64,000 nt of DNA from Octopus vulgaris (Eukaryota), in assembly GCA_951406725.2 (NCBI GenBank), contig OX597826.1, forward strand, positions 46,314,001 through 46,378,000, given 5' to 3'. Shown here one piece after another: positions 1 through 13,566 of the stretch. Made by a program: the position numbers and the translations under genes. The notes under the pieces are model-generated. The model ran no database searches. It was not told the DNA's origin and saw only the letters and a program-made list of their open reading frames with translations. Every line of letters starts with the position of its first letter. Position 1 is the first letter of the stretch.

Positions 1-166
1 AGGTCATGTGCTGTTTATCTTGATATGAGATCACCATGTCTCAAACATATGATTGTGATGCATGTGCCTAGTGTACCCTTATCAGATGGGTAATCATGAT
101 GGGTATACTGGGCTTCGTATATTATACCCCAGTGTCACTTTGATGGCATGCACTGCTCTCTCACTC

Positions 167-216
<50 letters not shown>

Positions 217-627
217 TATAGACAAATGGTTGAAGGAGATTCAAACTGAATGTCCTGTAGAGCTTTTACAGAAACTTTGCCTCTTAGGGACAGGAAAGAC
301 CTCAAATTTTGGTACAAGGCCAGCAATTTTAGGGAAGAGGCAAAGTTGATTACACTGACCCCAGTGTTCAGTTGGTACTTATTTTATTGACTCCCAAAAG
401 GATAAAAGGCAAAATTGATCACAACAGAATTTGAACTATGTACATGAAGGTGGATGAAATGCTGCTCAGATTTTGCCTGGCGTTGGGACCAGAAAGATTA
501 TCAGGAGGGTTTTAAGCACTTGAAAGACTATATAGAAAGCTTGTGGATATATAAGGTTAGCGTCTGAAACTTGCTACCCACATAAATTCTACAAGGAATA
601 AGAACAAACCTGAATCAAATCAAAAAT
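217..627 (+). mobile_element. 5'-truncated Dong/R4-clade non-LTR retrotransposon 3' end in (TAA)n, interrupted by a SINE
   Basis: Translates IDKWLKEIQTECPVELLQKLCLLGT...KIIRRVLST*, matching the R4/Dong C-terminal pattern LQKxxLLGTxxIIRxVL. It starts right after an (AAT)n tract. A near-duplicate gggacaggaaaga/gggaccagaaaga brackets the SINE at about 300-480. Confidence 0.7.
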
Positions 628-1024
628 AATGATGATAGCTACGATGATGACGGTGATGAAAATTAAGATAATAAAAATAATAATAATTATAAGGTTGTTT
701 GTCGGGTGAAAGTGTTAACTCTGTAAAAGGTGTATACATGTTGCTGCTGCAGTGTAAATCAGTGGAATTCTACATAAATTCAGAGTCAAAAGGAAATCTT
801 CTTTTGATTATCACAGCAGTTATTGTGTCACAACTTAACAGAATAATTCTCGATATCAAAGTAACGGCATTGTCATCATACACTCTGCTGATTCCATGCA
901 GCAGAAAAAAAAAAAAAAAAATAAATAAATAAATAACGGTAAAGTTTTAATGGTTTTAACCGAAAACAGAACAGAGTAAAGCAGCTTTAGCACTAATTGA
1001 TGTCTGTGTTTATTATTTATTGCC

Positions 1025-1048
1025 TCAGTATGAACGGAACGCGAAGGG
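1025..1048 (-). CDS. Candidate short terminal coding exon (PFAFRSY*)
   Basis: (CTT)n pyrimidine tract + CAG acceptor, 8 codons ending in TGA, and AATAAA immediately downstream (plus-strand TTTATT at 1009-1021). No transcript evidence. Confidence 0.3.
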   Translation of the reverse strand, partial: PFAFRSY

Positions 1049-1179
1049 CTGAAGAAGAAGAAGAAGAAGAGCTAATGCAAAGCATACAATTGAGACAAGA
1101 ATGTGGATAAAACGAGAAGATAAGTAATGATTATATGCATGACTGTATGCATCTCTGTGTGGATATGTACATATATTTG

Positions 1180-1720
<541 letters not shown>

Positions 1721-2665
1721 TGCATGCAGGGGTGTGTGTGGATATATGTATGCATATGCATGAATGTGTTTCCGTGCGTGTTTGTTTGCGTGTGTGTATG
1801 TATGTACGTACATGTTTGTATAGATAAGTGTGCCCGTTTTTAAGACGTGTATATCATATAGCTTCTCTCTAAACTCTTATCTGTTATCCCCTGAAGCTCA
1901 GGATTAAGAAGCAAGCCGCACAAGTGCGCTTAAGCCAAAAGGATAATGACAAAAGTAAAAAAGACGTAGAAATGCGAATAATAAATGAAAGAGAAAGCGA
2001 CAAAAGAGAGAATATTGCAATAAAACCAAAAAAAACAAAAAAAAAAGCAAAATGTAGATACAGATGTACACAAAAACAAAAATATAAAAAAACAACAACA
2101 ACACAAAAATGGAAAACGGTACAAGAATGGAACCAGAGCAACAGTAGTAATTCAATGACTAGATGATGTACGTTTAAGGTCAACATCAAAACTTACTCAA
2201 AGAATAAACATGAATAAGCTGATCGCAAGCTAGCATTGTCTTATTAGGAAAGATTTTTAACTTCCAAAAACTCAAAGAGAAGGATAAAGACAAAACGAAA
2301 CAACAAACAAAAGAACCATCCATAATTTGCAATAATTTGCAATAATTTACATTTATGCTAAAATATGATGAGACACAAAATTGTACATGATTTTCCAGCA
2401 TGGAAGCTGATGTAGTATGAACTGAAATCAAACAAATATTGCGACTGTCTATCTGAATTTTGGTGTATTCTACATGGAGTTTTTGGCTCACGAAAGTCAT
2501 CTTGGTGTATAAGTCAACCTACGTTTTTTCTTTTGTTAGTAAATTTTAGCTGCAGAAATTCAACTTGTATGCCAGAAAATAGGATATTTACTAATATTTT
2601 ACTGGAGACAAACAAACCAAAATAAACCTTTGTCAAATTAAATTTCCGGTAAGTGCTTGTCTTAA

Positions 2666-2877
2666 CCCTTCAGCATTTCATATCTGGCCAAGATATTCTA
2701 CTTGTTTAATGCTCAAACAGGCCAAATCTGGTCTCTTACACCTAACCTACAATGCTATACTAAAAATAGGCAATCACATCATTGAAATCTCAAAGCTTCA
2801 AGATAATACATGATTAACTCAAATCAATGTGAATGAATATGTACCACATTCAACAGAAAAAACTGAATGATAAAAGT
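2666..2877. mobile_element. Degenerate TTAA MITE, same family as 59120-59340
   Basis: Begins TTAA-CCCTTCAGCATT; internal similarity to the copies at 59120-59340 and about 44745-44946. Confidence 0.65.
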
Positions 2878-3208
2878 TTAAAGGTACCATAGGGGATTTG
2901 TGATCTACTACAGTACATTTAAAATAGGGATTTCTTGAATATAAAGGTGACTAAGTTGTCATTATAAACTAATTTTGTCTATTGACAAAGCCAAAATATC
3001 ATCTATTACTAATAGGCTAGGAAACCACATGGTTTCAAGTTCAATTCCACCGGGTGACAGCTTGGGCAAGTGTCTTTTATTATATAGCCCAAACTGACTA
3101 AAGACTTGTGAGTGGATTTGGTAGATGGAAACTATATAAAAAAAAAAGATACATGAACATATATATGCAAGTGTGTGTGTGTGTGTGTCAGTATGCATGT
3201 GCAAGTCT

Positions 3209-3427
3209 AAGGTGGCAGGCTGGTAGAATCGTTAGCACGCCGGGTGAAATGCTTAGCAGTATTTCACCTGCGGTTACGTTCTGAGTTCAAATTCCGCCGA
3301 GGTCGACTTTGCCTTTCATCCTTTCGGGGTCGATTAAATAAGTACCAGTTATGCACTGGGGTCAATATAATCGACTTAATCCGTTTGTCCCCTCTGTGTT
3401 TAGCCCCTTGTGGGTAGTAAAGAAATA
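3209..3427 (+). mobile_element. tRNA-derived SINE family A (Meta/MESC-like core), full copy
   Basis: A-box-like TGGTAGAATCG, B-box GAGTTCAAATTCC, core GCCTTTCATCCTTTCGGGGTCGATTAAATAAGTACCAG, tail ccccttgtgggtagtaaagaaata. More than 12 copies in the window. Confidence 0.85.
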
Positions 3428-3687
3428 GTATGCATGTGCAAGTACATGTGTGTGTGTTTGTGCTTCCTTGTCTTGAAATTGCATAATGGTTGTAAGCAAG
3501 TGCCACCATCACATAGGCAACACCCTTCATTTCCAATCTTCTCTGGAAACATGGTCAAGGAGAAACATTACCTCTCTTGGAAACAGCTGAGGGTTAGGGA
3601 CAAGAAGGGCATCCAGATATAGGAAACCTGCATCAACATATTCCATCTGATTCATGCAAGCATGGAAAAGGAGACATTAAATAATGG

Positions 3688-3899
3688 TTTCAAATTTTGC
3701 CACAAGAGCGGCAAGTTTGGAGGAGAGGATGAGTTGATTACATCGACCCCAGTGTTCAACTAGTATTTATTTTATTGAACCCCTGAAAGGATGAAAGGCA
3801 AAGTTAGCCCCGGTGGAAATTGAACTTAGAATGGAGCAACAGGAGAAATACTGTTAAGCATTTTGTCTAGCATGCTAACGATTCTGCCAGCTCACCACC

Positions 3900-3958
<59 letters not shown>

Positions 3959-4435
3959 TCTTTCTACTATAGACACTGGCCGGAAATTTTAGGGGAGGTG
4001 GCCAGTCGATTAGATCGACCCAGTATGCAACTGGTACTTAATTTATCGATCCCAAAAGGATGAAAGGCAAAAATCGACCATGGCGGAATTTGAACTTGGA
4101 ACACAGTAATGGGTGAAATACCTATTTCTTTACTATCCACAAGGGGCTAAACACAGAGAGGACAAACAAGGACAGACAAACGGATTAAGTCGATTATATC
4201 GACCCCAGGATGATGGGCAGAGTCGACCTCGGCGGAATTTGAACTCAGAACGTAATGGCAGACAAAATACCGCTAAGCATTTCTTCCAGCTTGCTGACAA
4301 GTGTGCCAAGAAGCAGGGCCTGAAAATTTGTGAAAGGAAAAAATTACTTCGCCATCAGTGCTCGACTGATACATATTTCATTGACTCCAAATGGATGAAA
4401 GGCAAAGTTGAAGTCAGTAGAATTTGAACTCAGAA
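3688..4435 (-). mobile_element. Cluster of about 4 SINE-A copies in minus orientation with an (AAT)n tract
   Basis: Repeated aaaggatgaaaggcaaa...gaatttgaactcagaa motifs. Confidence 0.85.
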
Positions 4436-4521
4436 TGAATTAATAGAATTTTAAAACAAGTTACTACACAAAGATTTTCTTTTCCTTCAAATTAAGCTAT
4501 TTTCATAAAAATTCATCAACA

Positions 4522-4935
4522 CAGGCATAGGAGTGGCTGTGTGATAAGTAGCTTGCTTATGAACCACATGGTTCCGGGTTCAGTCCCACTGCATGGCACC
4601 TTGGGCAACTGTCTTCTACTATAGCCTCAGGCCAACCAAAGCTTTGTGAGTGGATTTGGTAGACGGAAACTGAAAGAAGCCCGTCGTATATATGTATGTA
4701 TGTCTGTGTATGTATGTTTGTGTGCCTGTGTTTGTACCCCCCACCACCACCAACATTGCTTGACAACCGATGCTGGTGTGTTTATGCCCCAGTAACTTAG
4801 CGGTTCGGCAAAAGAGACCGATAGAATAAGTACTAGGCTTACAAAAAATAAGTCCTGCAGTTGATTTGCTCGACTAAAGGCGGTGCTCCAGCATGGCCAC
4901 AGTAAAATGACTGAAACAAGTAAAACAGTAAAGAG
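4522..4935 (+). mobile_element. tRNA-derived SINE family B (CORE-like), full copy
   Basis: Head ggcataggagtggctgtgtg...gggttcagtcccactg, core ggcaccttgggcaa, internal microsatellite, tail ...gactgaaacaagtaaaa. Nearly identical to 10295-10722. Confidence 0.85.
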
Positions 4936-5932
4936 TATACCACAAATATTGGTAACATGTTGGGAGTAGCAAGCACCAGATCACCTCAAGTTATGAGGGA
5001 CGGGGGTAAGACTGGGGGAGGGGCTTTGAGGAAACATTTTCTAAAAACAAAATAAAAGAAAAAAATCAAGACTACGCCCACAGAAGAAACTTAACAATAC
5101 ACTGGGATCTATAATAAAAGAGGGTAAGATATCAGAGGTAACCCACCCACCTGTACCCCAACCTCAATCCTTCTCACCCCCACCACAACCACTGCAACCT
5201 GTGCTGTACATCAAAGGTATCTTCAATCTATCATTTATTCAAGACTGCCGGTTGGAAACACATTAAACAAATTCTGGTGTTCTTTTGTTGCCATTGTTAA
5301 AACCATTTTCCAACAAAAAATACATTTTCTTTTGTATCTCAGAGATAGAAAGAAAAAAAAGACATACCACCCAGGAAATAATATAAGAAAAAAAAAAAAC
5401 ACAGACAAGAAAATCAATAGATAAAGAAATATTAAGGTGAGGAAAAAAATGTGTTTTTTTTTTTCTAGTGACAATACCTGTGCTTCCTGTGTTGAATTGT
5501 GGGAGAACTCAGGTGTGGTACATGTATTGTTATTTATGCATATTTAGAGTCCCATTGAAGGAGATTTCTGTTAACAATGTGACATATTAATGACAGGAAA
5601 ACTCTCTCGAGTCTGAATTAATTTTTACCAAGTGATTCTTTTGAGCAAAGGACAAACAGGGAAAAACCATAAAACAACATTTAGAAAAGAAAGATGGAAG
5701 TGGGAGGGGTTAGCTCACACAAACACAAGCACAGGACTACATTGGCATGCACCCCCACCCCCATTTACCTTTCCACTTATACACATTCAACAGGATACCC
5801 CAAGTGAATGTTTTTCTACAAATTGCAAGAATTTTCACTATGATCTTTGAGGGACTTTACCAAAATACATATATGTTTTCTTTTAGTATATTTTCTTAAT
5901 CAGAAGCATCATCCTTTTCACACTCTCAGAGT

Positions 5933-6300
5933 CATCATCCTCATCGTTTAACGTCCGCTTTCCATGCTAGCATGGGTTGGACGGTTCAACTGGGGTCTGG
6001 GAAGCCAGAAGGCTGCACCAGGCCTAGTATGATCTGGCACTGTTTCTACAGCTGGATGCCCTTCCTAACGCCAACCACTCCGTGAGTGTAGTGGGTGCTT
6101 TTTACGTGCCCCGGCACAGGTGCCAGACGAAGCTGGCAAACGACCACGATCAGATGGTGCTTTTTACGTGCCACCGGCACGGAGGCCAGTCAGGGCGGCA
6201 CTGGCTACGACCACGTTCGGATGGTTCTCTTACGTGCCACCGGCACTGGTATCACAGCTACAAATTCCATTGATGTTGATCGATTACGATTTTGATTTTC
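5933..6300 (-). mobile_element. RTE-type 3' tail element (family C) with (GAT)n end
   Basis: catcgtttaacgtccgctttccatgctagcatggg...ggatgcccttcctaacgccaaccactc. Other copies at 9082-9430, 23672-23962, 57710-57960, 58050-58260 and 60155-60270. Confidence 0.8.
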
Positions 6301-7480
6301 ACTTCACAAGTTAATAAAACAAAATATAGCTGAGAAGTATAATTTACATGAGGCATTGCCTAATACAGGTAAATGTTTTCAATTTTTTTTAAAGCCAAAA
6401 CGATGCATATAAGGAATAATACTAGTTGATGGTATGCACATTTACCTTATATTTGAATATTTTGGGGTTAAGATCCCTTCTTCAGAGGAATGGTGTTATG
6501 AGCTGACTTCTCTATTCTGAAGTATGAGTATATGATGGGTTACTTTAGTTGGTTTTCCAGAAACTGTAGAAAATTTTACTATGATCTTCAAGTGATAAAC
6601 TTGAACTTACCAAAATCTAAGCATGTTTTCTCTTCTACTATGTCTCTCATTATAAAGACAATGAGCTGGTAGACTTGTTAGCATGCCAGGCAAAATACTT
6701 AGCAGTATTTTATCTGTCTTTACATTCTGAGTTCAAATTCCACCAAAGCCAACTTTGACATTCATCCTTTCAGGGCTGGTAAAATAAGCACCAGTCGGAC
6801 ACTAGAGTCAATGTAATCAACCTAACCTCTCCTCTAAAATTGCTGGCCTTGTGCCATACTCTGAAGCTAATATATCACTTACTGTCCTATTAGAGTCAAC
6901 ATCATCTTTCACCTGTCCAGACTCAACAAAATCATCATCATCACCATCATCATTTTAATGTCCAATTTTCTATGCTTGCATGAGTCAGATACAGTCTATC
7001 GATGCAGGTTTTCTACAGCCAGATGCCTTTGCTGTCACGACCCTTCACCCGTTCTCCAAGCAAGGTAATATTTTCCACAAGGCCAGACATGCTTTCACAG
7101 AATATTAGAAATGAATGACACTCCATGCATGACAGTGACACTTACACACAGCAATCATGCAATTTCAAGACAAAAACACACTCACTCGTATACACACATA
7201 TGCATGCTGCGCATATGTGCATGCATTTTTGTAGGCGCGGGCATGGCTGTGTGGTTTAGGGAGCTTCCTTCCTAGCTACATGGTTTCGGGTTCAGTCCCA
7301 ATGCGTGGCACTTTGGGTAGGCGTCTTTCACCATAGCCCGGAGCTGACCGAAGCTTTGTGATTGAATTCGGTAGGCGGAAGTTGCTGCCGTGTGTATATG
7401 TGTGCATGTAGATGCTCAGTGCCTCTCCGAAAGAGAGAGAGAGGGATATCACTTTTTTAAGTGATATATCACTTTTTTAA

Positions 7481-7711
7481 AGCAGCGAGCTGGCAGAAAC
7501 GTTAACATGCCAGGTGAAATGCTTAGCGGTATTTCGTCTGCCATTACGTTTTGAGTTCAAATTCCGCCGAAGTCGACTTTGCTTTTCATCCTTTCAGGGC
7601 TCGATAAATTAAGTACCAGTTACGCACTGGGGTCGATGTAATCGACTTAACCCCTTCGTCTCTCCTTGTTTGTCCCCTCTATATTTAGCCTCCTGTGGGC
7701 AATAAAGAAAT
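7481..7711 (+). mobile_element. SINE family A, full copy
   Basis: Same head, core and tail as 3209-3427; flanked by atatcac(t/a)tttt TSD-like repeats. Confidence 0.85.
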
Positions 7712-9440
7712 ATATATATATATATCACATTTTTATCTTTCACCTTTTACTTGTTTCAGGCTTAGACTGTAGCCATGCTGAGCCACCACCTTGAAGAATT
7801 TTTAGTTGAACAAATCGAGCCTCAGGGAGGCAATGGCAAGTGACTGAGACATTTGGTAATATGCTGCGCTTGAGGAGACTCATCAAGCCAAGCGAAATCA
7901 TAATCGTGGGCCATTGCCGGTGGTACGTAAATGGCACCTGTGAAATTGTAGTCATGGCTGTTGCCAGCAGTATGATCTTTTGAATATTGGGCCTTGTAGA
8001 GGCCAGACCATTAGTGATGCTGTACGGAGAGGACATGTCAAACCATGTTAAATTGTTGTCATTGTTGTTGTCATGGCTGTTGCCAGTGTTGTGTAAATGG
8101 TACCCAGGCCAGTAGCATGTAAGAGCCATTACATTCTCCGAGTGGTTGGCATTAGGAAGGGCATCTGGCCACAGAAACCATGCCAGATTGGGCTGGTGCC
8201 AGTTCCAATTGAACTATCTAGCACATGCCAGAATGGATGCTAAATGATGATGATGATGGGCTTCTTTCAGTTTCCATCTACAAACCTACTCACAAGGCTT
8301 TGGTTGACCCAAGGCTGTAGTAGAAGGAACTTGCCCAAGGTGCAGTGGAAGTGAACCAAGAATCATGTGGTTGAGAAATAAACTTCTTCACACACACACA
8401 CACACACACACACAGATACATTGCTTTCCTAATAGATTTCCTGACTCAGCTAACTCGTTACGATAGATGTTTTTAACGAAAACTGGTCGAATATACCCTA
8501 AAACAACAACAACAGCAACAACATCAACAACAAGATTTTAATTAAAGCCCGATATTTCAAAGTTGACCAGAAATGTGACGTTGAAAGATATCACGTGTCA
8601 GCTTATGCTGATATGAAGAACACTTCACTGTAAAAGAAACTGCTTAACAGAAATGAAGTGATTATCAACAAGACACACTCATTTCGATGCTATGTGTATC
8701 AGGGGTCCATGACATCCACTAATGCATATGGCTTGATTCACAGAACTATTCTGAAGAATATAAACTTTGCTAAGAATGTAGTTGGAAAGTATGAAGCAAA
8801 TGCATCCATTGTTCACCATGAAAGCTGCAATTACTCGACAATGGATATCCGAACAAAAGAGCTCAATATCAAATGAAAGATAACTTCTCTTGTATTTCTC
8901 GTTGCCTTACACACATGATAATTGATGGTGGAATGATAAAATATCTGCCACAGCAATATTCAACTACATTATATAGACGTAGAAGCACACACACACACAT
9001 ATATATATATATACACATAATCCATTCTCAGAAGTACACGCTTTCACTGAGACATAACTGCGTACAGAATTACATATATACATCATCATCATCGTTTCAC
9101 GTCCGTTTTCCATGCTAGCATGGGTTGGACGGTTCAGCTGGGGTCTGGCAAGCCAGAAGGCTGCGCCAGGCCCAGTCTGATCAGGCAGTGTTTCTACAGC
9201 AGGATGCCCTTCCTAACACCAACCACTCCGTGAGTGTAGTGGGTGCTTTTTACGTGCCACCTGCACAGGTGCCAGACGAGGCTGGCAAACGGCCACGATC
9301 GGATGGTGCTTTTTACGTGCCAGACGAGGCTGGCAAACAGCCACGATCGGATGGTGCTTTTTACATGCCACCGACACGGAGGCCAGTCGGGGTGGCGCTG
9401 GCAACGGCCACGTTCGGATGGTTCTCTTATATATATATGG

Positions 9441-9484
<44 letters not shown>

Positions 9485-9654
9485 ATATATATATATATAT
9501 ATATATATGGTTCTCTCTATATATATACACACACACATGCATACATACAATTTTGTATGCCAAGACAGACCGGTACCCGATTCTTCCCAATTCCAATAAA
9601 AAAAACCTAACCCATGCCAGTATGAAAAATGGATTCTAAATGATAATGATCATG

Positions 9655-9689
<35 letters not shown>

Positions 9690-10294
9690 CAATTATCATC
9701 ATCTAGCACCCATTTTCCATGCTGGCATGGGTTGGATGGTTTGACAGGACCTGGCAAGCCAGAGGCATAAACAATGTAGAAATCATGCCTGCTTTGATAG
9801 CTGCATGCTCTCCATAACAGCAACCACTTTACAGAGTATGCTGGGTATTTTTAACATGTCACCTGCACTAGTGATGTCACCAACCAAATATATATAATGT
9901 GGATACAGAAGTAACTATATGTGGGTACTAACACAAATAATGTTTTAATTTACTTTTTACTTTACGTCTTATGTTTCCTAATTACTCCCTGTTTTTGTCT
10001 ATTAAGTCACAACACAATCTGTCCTTCACCATCCCTGCCTAATGGTTTAAACATACTGTCACTAGCAACTTGCCGTACTAAAACCAAGGAAAACAAGAGT
10101 TTATTTAAAGTGACACCCCTTATAACATCACTGAGGGATGCACCACAACCAGTTGTACAGTATCCCGTCCACAAGAAACAGATGTAGGCCGCATCGAAAT
10201 GATCGTTGTGAGCAATAATGTTTCTCACATATTCTACACAAGTAGTAGAATAACTAATGATGAGATTATCCCTGGTATGGCTAATTGCATTAGT

Positions 10295-10722
10295 AGGCGT
10301 AGGAGTGGCTGTGTGGTAAGTAGCTTGCTTACGAACCACATGGTTCTGAGTTCAGTCCCACTGTATGACACCTTGGGCGAGTGTCTTCTACTATAGCCTC
10401 GGGCTGACCAAAGCCTTGTGAGTGGATTTGGTAGGCGGAAACTGAAAGAAGCCCGTTGTAAATATATATGAATGTATGTATGTATGTATGTATGTGTGTG
10501 TGTATATGTTTGTGTGTCTGTGTTTGTCCTCCCAACATCACTTGACAACCAATGCTGGTGTGTTTATGTCCCCGTAACTTAGCAGTTCTGCAAAAGAGAC
10601 CGATAGAATAAGTACTGGGCTTACAAAGAATAAGTCCTGGGGGCGATTTGCTTGACTGAAGACGGTGCTCCAGCATGGCCACAGTCAAATGACTGAAAAG
10701 AGTAAAAGAGTAAAGAGAGTAG
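10295..10722 (+). mobile_element. SINE family B, full copy
   Basis: Matches 4522-4935. Confidence 0.85.
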
Positions 10723-10734
10723 AGTACAATTCTT

Positions 10735-10934
10735 TCACCTAAAATACATAGTTTCACATATGGCTTTCCTAGTGCAGGCTGGATTATTACAACAGTCTTG
10801 TCCGGGCTAATGCAGAGTCCAAATGTCTTACAAGATGCAAAAATATGATCCATAACAATGTGCATACCTTCAACTGTATGAGTAACTAAGTCACAATCAT
10901 CTGCATAAAAGAGGTAACATCTGTTCATTCCCAA
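10735..10934 (-). pseudogene. Decayed reverse-transcriptase fragment of an RTE/BovB-clade LINE
   Basis: LFYADDCDLVTHT...FASCKTFGLCISPDKTVVIIQPALGKPY contains the YADD catalytic motif and the FGLxIxxxKT motif. Confidence 0.85.
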
Positions 10935-11249
10935 TTCAGCTAAGGTACATGATGTTGATATCTACAAAATTGCCAAAACATCGATATCCATCATTCCTGA
11001 ATGGGAATTGGAGCAAGTTGACCTGCCTGTATATGATTTTCAGGTGTTTTAAAACCCACCGCTAAGAGGGAGTCATCTCCATTACACTAAATCGCAGCCT
11101 ACTGGCAAACAAACAGAGCTCGTACTTTGGGTATGTGAATTTGATAATATTTTCAACACTAGCACTGCTTCTAATTCATATTTGCATATATACATATAAG
11201 CATGTGTGGATAAAGAGAAAAATGTGCATACAGATAACCCTAACCCTAA

Positions 11250-11780
11250 CTGTGGAGGGAACTAGTGAAAAAGGTAGACACAGGAAGACATGAGATGAGG
11301 TGGTGAAGCATGACCTTCGTACATTGGGCTTCACAGAAGCAATGACAAGCGACCAAGACCTTTAGAGATATGCTGCGCTTGAGAAGCCAAGTAAGATCAT
11401 AGCCAATGCCAGTGTCGCATAACTGGCCAATTTAAAAGCACCCTTCAATACGCTCTGCTTGTGAAGACCTGTTAATCAGGTGAAATTATAGTTGTGACCA
11501 ATGCCATTGCCATCTGACTGGCACCCATGCTGGCGGTACATAATAAGCATCATCCATGCATGGTTACTATCAGTGCTGCCTGATTGGTTCCCATGCCGGT
11601 GGCACAGATAAAGCACCGACTACACTGAGTGGTTGGCATGAGGAAGGGCATCCAGCTGTAGAAACCTCACCAAATCAGATTAGAGCCTGGTGCAGCCTCT
11701 CAGCTTGCCAATCCTCAGTCAAACCATCCAACCCATGCCAGCATGGAAAGCGGGTGTCAAACAATGATGATGATGATAAT
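11250..11780 (+). mobile_element. 5'-truncated RTE LINE: ORF C-terminus plus 3' UTR ending in the family-C tail
   Basis: Translates KGRHRKT*DEVVKHDLRTLGFTEAMTSDQDL*RYA (RTE GRPRKTW...DRxxWR motif with both W codons mutated to stops), followed by ggaagggcatccagctgtagaaac and (GAT)n. Confidence 0.75.
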
Positions 11781-11843
11781 GATATAATATCTATATATAT
11801 ATATATATATATATATCAAAATAAGCAACAAGAATGACTCCGG

Positions 11844-11936
11844 TAATTTGGTACAATTGTTTCGCACTACATCATTTTATTAAATGTTGTAAGTATTACA
11901 ACAGATTTAAGATGCTGAGTGCTCATCAGCCAATTA
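11844..11936 (-). ncRNA. Minimal type-I hammerhead ribozyme (Penelope-type), apparently intact
   Basis: Minus strand reads taattgg-CTGATGA-GCACT...AGTGC-GAAA-C-AATT-GTA/ccaaatta. Full catalytic core, paired stem II with a long extension, palindromic stem III (ACAATTGT), GUA cleavage triplet. Confidence 0.8.
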
Positions 11937-12094
11937 CATAGGTTTTCCATTAATATAAAAGCTTTCAAATCAAGTAGCAACATTATAGAGAAGATAGATA
12001 TACAGACAAAGATGTAGATTTAAATTTTAAGAACATATGAGGTAGTGAAGTACAACCACTGACTGACCAAGATTCGAATCTAAATTTTTGCTGA

Positions 12095-12126
<32 letters not shown>

Positions 12127-12266
12127 CAGACACACACACACAAACACATACATATGAATATTTATATATGACTATATGTGTGTGTATGTCTATGAAAACA
12201 TATATACACATGCAAAAACATTATAAGAAAGAGAAAGAAAAAAGCAGAGAAAAAGAAAAAGAGAAG

Positions 12267-12302
<36 letters not shown>

Positions 12303-12514
12303 GAGAGACAAGAACTTCAAGGTAACACACTGGTATTGAGAACACCTAGCTTTCAAACAAGATCACTAGCTACATAATTGAATGTTTACCCAACTTAACA
12401 ATCACTATCAGCTAGAATGGAACAGGTTTACAGGGTGGCCAAAATACATATATAATTGGGCAATGTGTGCGCAGTGTGTATAATTACATGTATACCTGTG
12501 AGTGGTGTGTGTGC

Positions 12515-12584
<70 letters not shown>

Positions 12585-12694
12585 GTATATATATACATAT
12601 ATATACATATACATATATATATACACATATACATATATATATATATACATATATACACACATATATATATACACATACATATATATATATACAC

Positions 12695-12732
<38 letters not shown>

Positions 12733-12762
12733 ACACATATATATATATACACATATATATAT

Positions 12763-12825
<63 letters not shown>

Positions 12826-13269
12826 AACACACACACAATTAAAATAATCTGACCAAGATATTTTATGTACTCTGGACATTAGGCTATACTTTATAAAGAT
12901 TTTTCTTTTCTTTTTCTTCATTTGTTTTGCCTTTACATCTCTCCCTTGTCTCTGTAACCTTTTTATGGTGGTGCCTACCTCAAAAAGAATGTGGTTAGAA
13001 AACAAAACAAGACAAGACAAGACACTAAGAAGACAAACAAAACAGAACAAAGAAAAAAAATGACAAAAAAAATTAAAGGTGAAAAGAACCAAAAAAAAAA
13101 ATAAATAATAAGTATCTTTATCACCTGAGTTGACAAGTGTGAGTAAACTATTTATTGACACAAACTACTACTGCTTAAAGAAACTTGCGTACATACATTG
13201 TAATACGTTTATGAAATAGTATCCGTCTTGCATGAGTGTGTGAGGGAGTGTGTATATATATATATATAG

Positions 13270-13336
<67 letters not shown>

Positions 13337-13566
13337 GCAAAACATGTATACAACAATTAAAATAAATATGTGTGTATAAGAGTATACATAATTAAACTGT
13401 GGACAAACATATTTGTATCTGAATGTGTGTGTATCTGTGGACATGTGTGTGTGTGTATCTATGGACGTGTATGAGTGTCTATGCATTAATGTTTATGAGT
13501 ATATATATATATATAAATTATTTCATTCATTCAATTTATGTCTATTTTCCATGTTACAATGACGTA

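Noticed and set aside
6465-6495. CTGAAGAAGGG...CCC on the minus strand (also about 28310-28325) as a hammerhead
   Set aside because: GAAA, the cleavage triplet and stem I are not recoverable; at most a fossil.
11235-11250. TAACCC telomeric repeat
   Set aside because: Fewer than 3 units
12960-13010. Minus-strand CTAAC + pyrimidine tract + GAG/GTAGGC, a recursive-splice-like site
   Set aside because: GAG is a poor acceptor and there is no supporting evidence.
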